Of a DNA stretch of 28,156 nt, positions 27,160 through 28,156 are shown piece by piece (the first letter of the stretch is position 1; every line of letters begins with the position of its first letter). The translations under genes were made by a program, and so were the position numbers. The stretch is taken from positions 1-28,156 of IMG/VR virus record IMGVR_UViG_2802429240_000006; one strand, 5' to 3'. The stretch is from a virus. Taxonomy: Duplodnaviria > Heunggongvirae > Uroviricota > Caudoviricetes. The notes under the pieces were generated by a model. It was not told where the DNA came from. It saw nothing but the letters and a program-made list of their open reading frames with translations, and did no database searches.

Positions 27160-27174
27160 ATCTATAAAGCCAGT

Positions 27175-27205
27175 TTGATAATGGCATTACTGCTTTTCCC
27201 TCACT
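27175..27205 (+). promoter_or_regulatory. Candidate sigma32-type promoter for pphA
   Basis: TTGATAA (27175-27181), 16 nt, CCCTCACT (27198-27205), loosely like the heat-shock consensus; pphA is reported to be heat-shock regulated. Confidence 0.25.
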
Positions 27206-27307
27206 GACTTCACAATCAACCATAACACACACTCTACTGCTTCAGTCCAGGCTTTTTTAACATTTTTGTTAAAATAATGTGATCTTATGCGCGGGAGTAA
27301 GGAATTG

Positions 27308-27964
27308 ATGAAACAGGCAGGCCACATCTATCAGAGAATTGATGGTAGTCAGTGGCGACATATTTGGCTGGTGGGTGATATTCATGGCTGCCTGGCGCAA
27401 CTGCGAGAGAAATTATGGTTCTGCCGGTTTGACCCGTGGCAAGACTTGTTAATCTCGGTTGGTGACGTTATCGATCGTGGCCCGGAGAGTTTGCGTTGCC
27501 TGCAATTACTGGATCAACGCTGGGTCAGGGCGGTAAGAGGCAATCATGAGCAGATGGCGATGGATGCGCTGGCATCGCAGCAGATGTCTTTGTGGTTTAT
27601 GAATGGTGGCGACTGGTTTGCCGCACTGACAGAGCACCAACGTGAGCAAGCGAGAAGGGCGCTGGAAAAGTGCGGGTCTTTGCCGTGGATAATTGAATTA
27701 AGCTGTAGTAGCGGACTGCATGTCATCGCCCATGCGGATTACCCCAATGATATTTATGAGTGGCATAAGGAAGTCGATCTGCATCAGGTGTTGTGGAGTC
27801 GCTCGCGATTGCGTGAAGGCCGAAAAGGGCAGAGAATTACCGGCGCTGATCATTTCTGGTTTGGTCATACGCCATTACGCCATCGCGTAGATATCGGTAA
27901 CTTGCATTATATTGATACCGGCGCGGTCTTTGGTGGAACACTCACGTTGGAACGACTCCAGTAA
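27308..27964 (+). CDS. pphA: Serine/threonine protein phosphatase 1
   Basis: 218 aa from ATG 27308 with AAGGA RBS; metallophosphatase motifs GDIHG, GDVIDRG, GNHE; sequence recognised as E. coli PphA (PrpA). Confidence 0.9.
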   Translation: MKQAGHIYQRIDGSQWRHIWLVGDIHGCLAQLREKLWFCRFDPWQDLLISVGDVIDRGPESLRCLQLLDQRWVRAVRGNHEQMAMDALASQQMSLWFMNGGDWFAALTEHQREQARRALEKCGSLPWIIELSCSSGLHVIAHADYPNDIYEWHKEVDLHQVLWSRSRLREGRKGQRITGADHFWFGHTPLRHRVDIGNLHYIDTGAVFGGTLTLERLQ

Positions 27965-28156
27965 TTAAAAGTCACTGTAATCTTGCGCAGGCCGCCAGAA
28001 CCCATCAATGAAATCTTCAACGGGAAAACAGCCACCGTGGCGGATCCGTTGATCGTCCATTGAGTAGAGGCACTGCTGTTCCGTATTGTAGACATCAACC
28101 ACAATATCTTCACAACCAGCGTCCAGATAGCAAACAAAAAGTACCAGCGCGAACAT
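27965..28156 (-). CDS. yebW: Small conserved protein YebW
   Basis: 63 aa ORF whose start codon is the last three bases of the window; sequence MFALVLFVCYLDAGCEDIVVDVYNTEQQ recognised as YebW, the known neighbour of pphA. Confidence 0.75.
   Translation of the reverse strand: MFALVLFVCYLDAGCEDIVVDVYNTEQQCLYSMDDQRIRHGGCFPVEDFIDGFWRPAQDYSDF

Noticed and set aside
1-28156. CRISPR array, rRNA or other large RNA genes
   Set aside because: No regularly spaced direct repeats with unique spacers and no rRNA-like conserved blocks; coding density is high throughout.

Overview
The window is the right-hand ~27 kb of an integrated tailed-phage genome (prophage) in an Escherichia-type chromosome, ending at a junction beside the host genes pphA and yebW. 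Nearly everything up to ~26.8 kb is one + strand late operon with tightly coupled genes: terminase small and large subunits, portal, head morphogenesis protein, a scaffold with a charged coding repeat, capsid proteins, head-tail joining proteins, putative sheath and tube, a tail chaperone with a -1 programmed frameshift, a tape measure protein carrying a lytic transglycosylase domain, baseplate proteins (V-, W-, J-, I-like) and two tail fiber plus chaperone pairs. The second fiber is a lambdoid Stf-type protein with internal duplications. The main anomaly is a minus-strand insert at 17.6-19.2 kb inside the baseplate genes: an antirepressor with a long structured leader, next to an AT-rich cassette encoding a lipoprotein with a highly charged C-terminal tail. 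This is my best candidate for an accessory or superinfection-exclusion-type system, but its function is inferred only. The prophage-host junction carries a sequence that I recall as the 3' end of the sRNA gene sdsR. I found no CRISPR array, rRNA or tRNA. All functional calls rest on motif recognition and gene order read from the sequence; no database search or computation was run.
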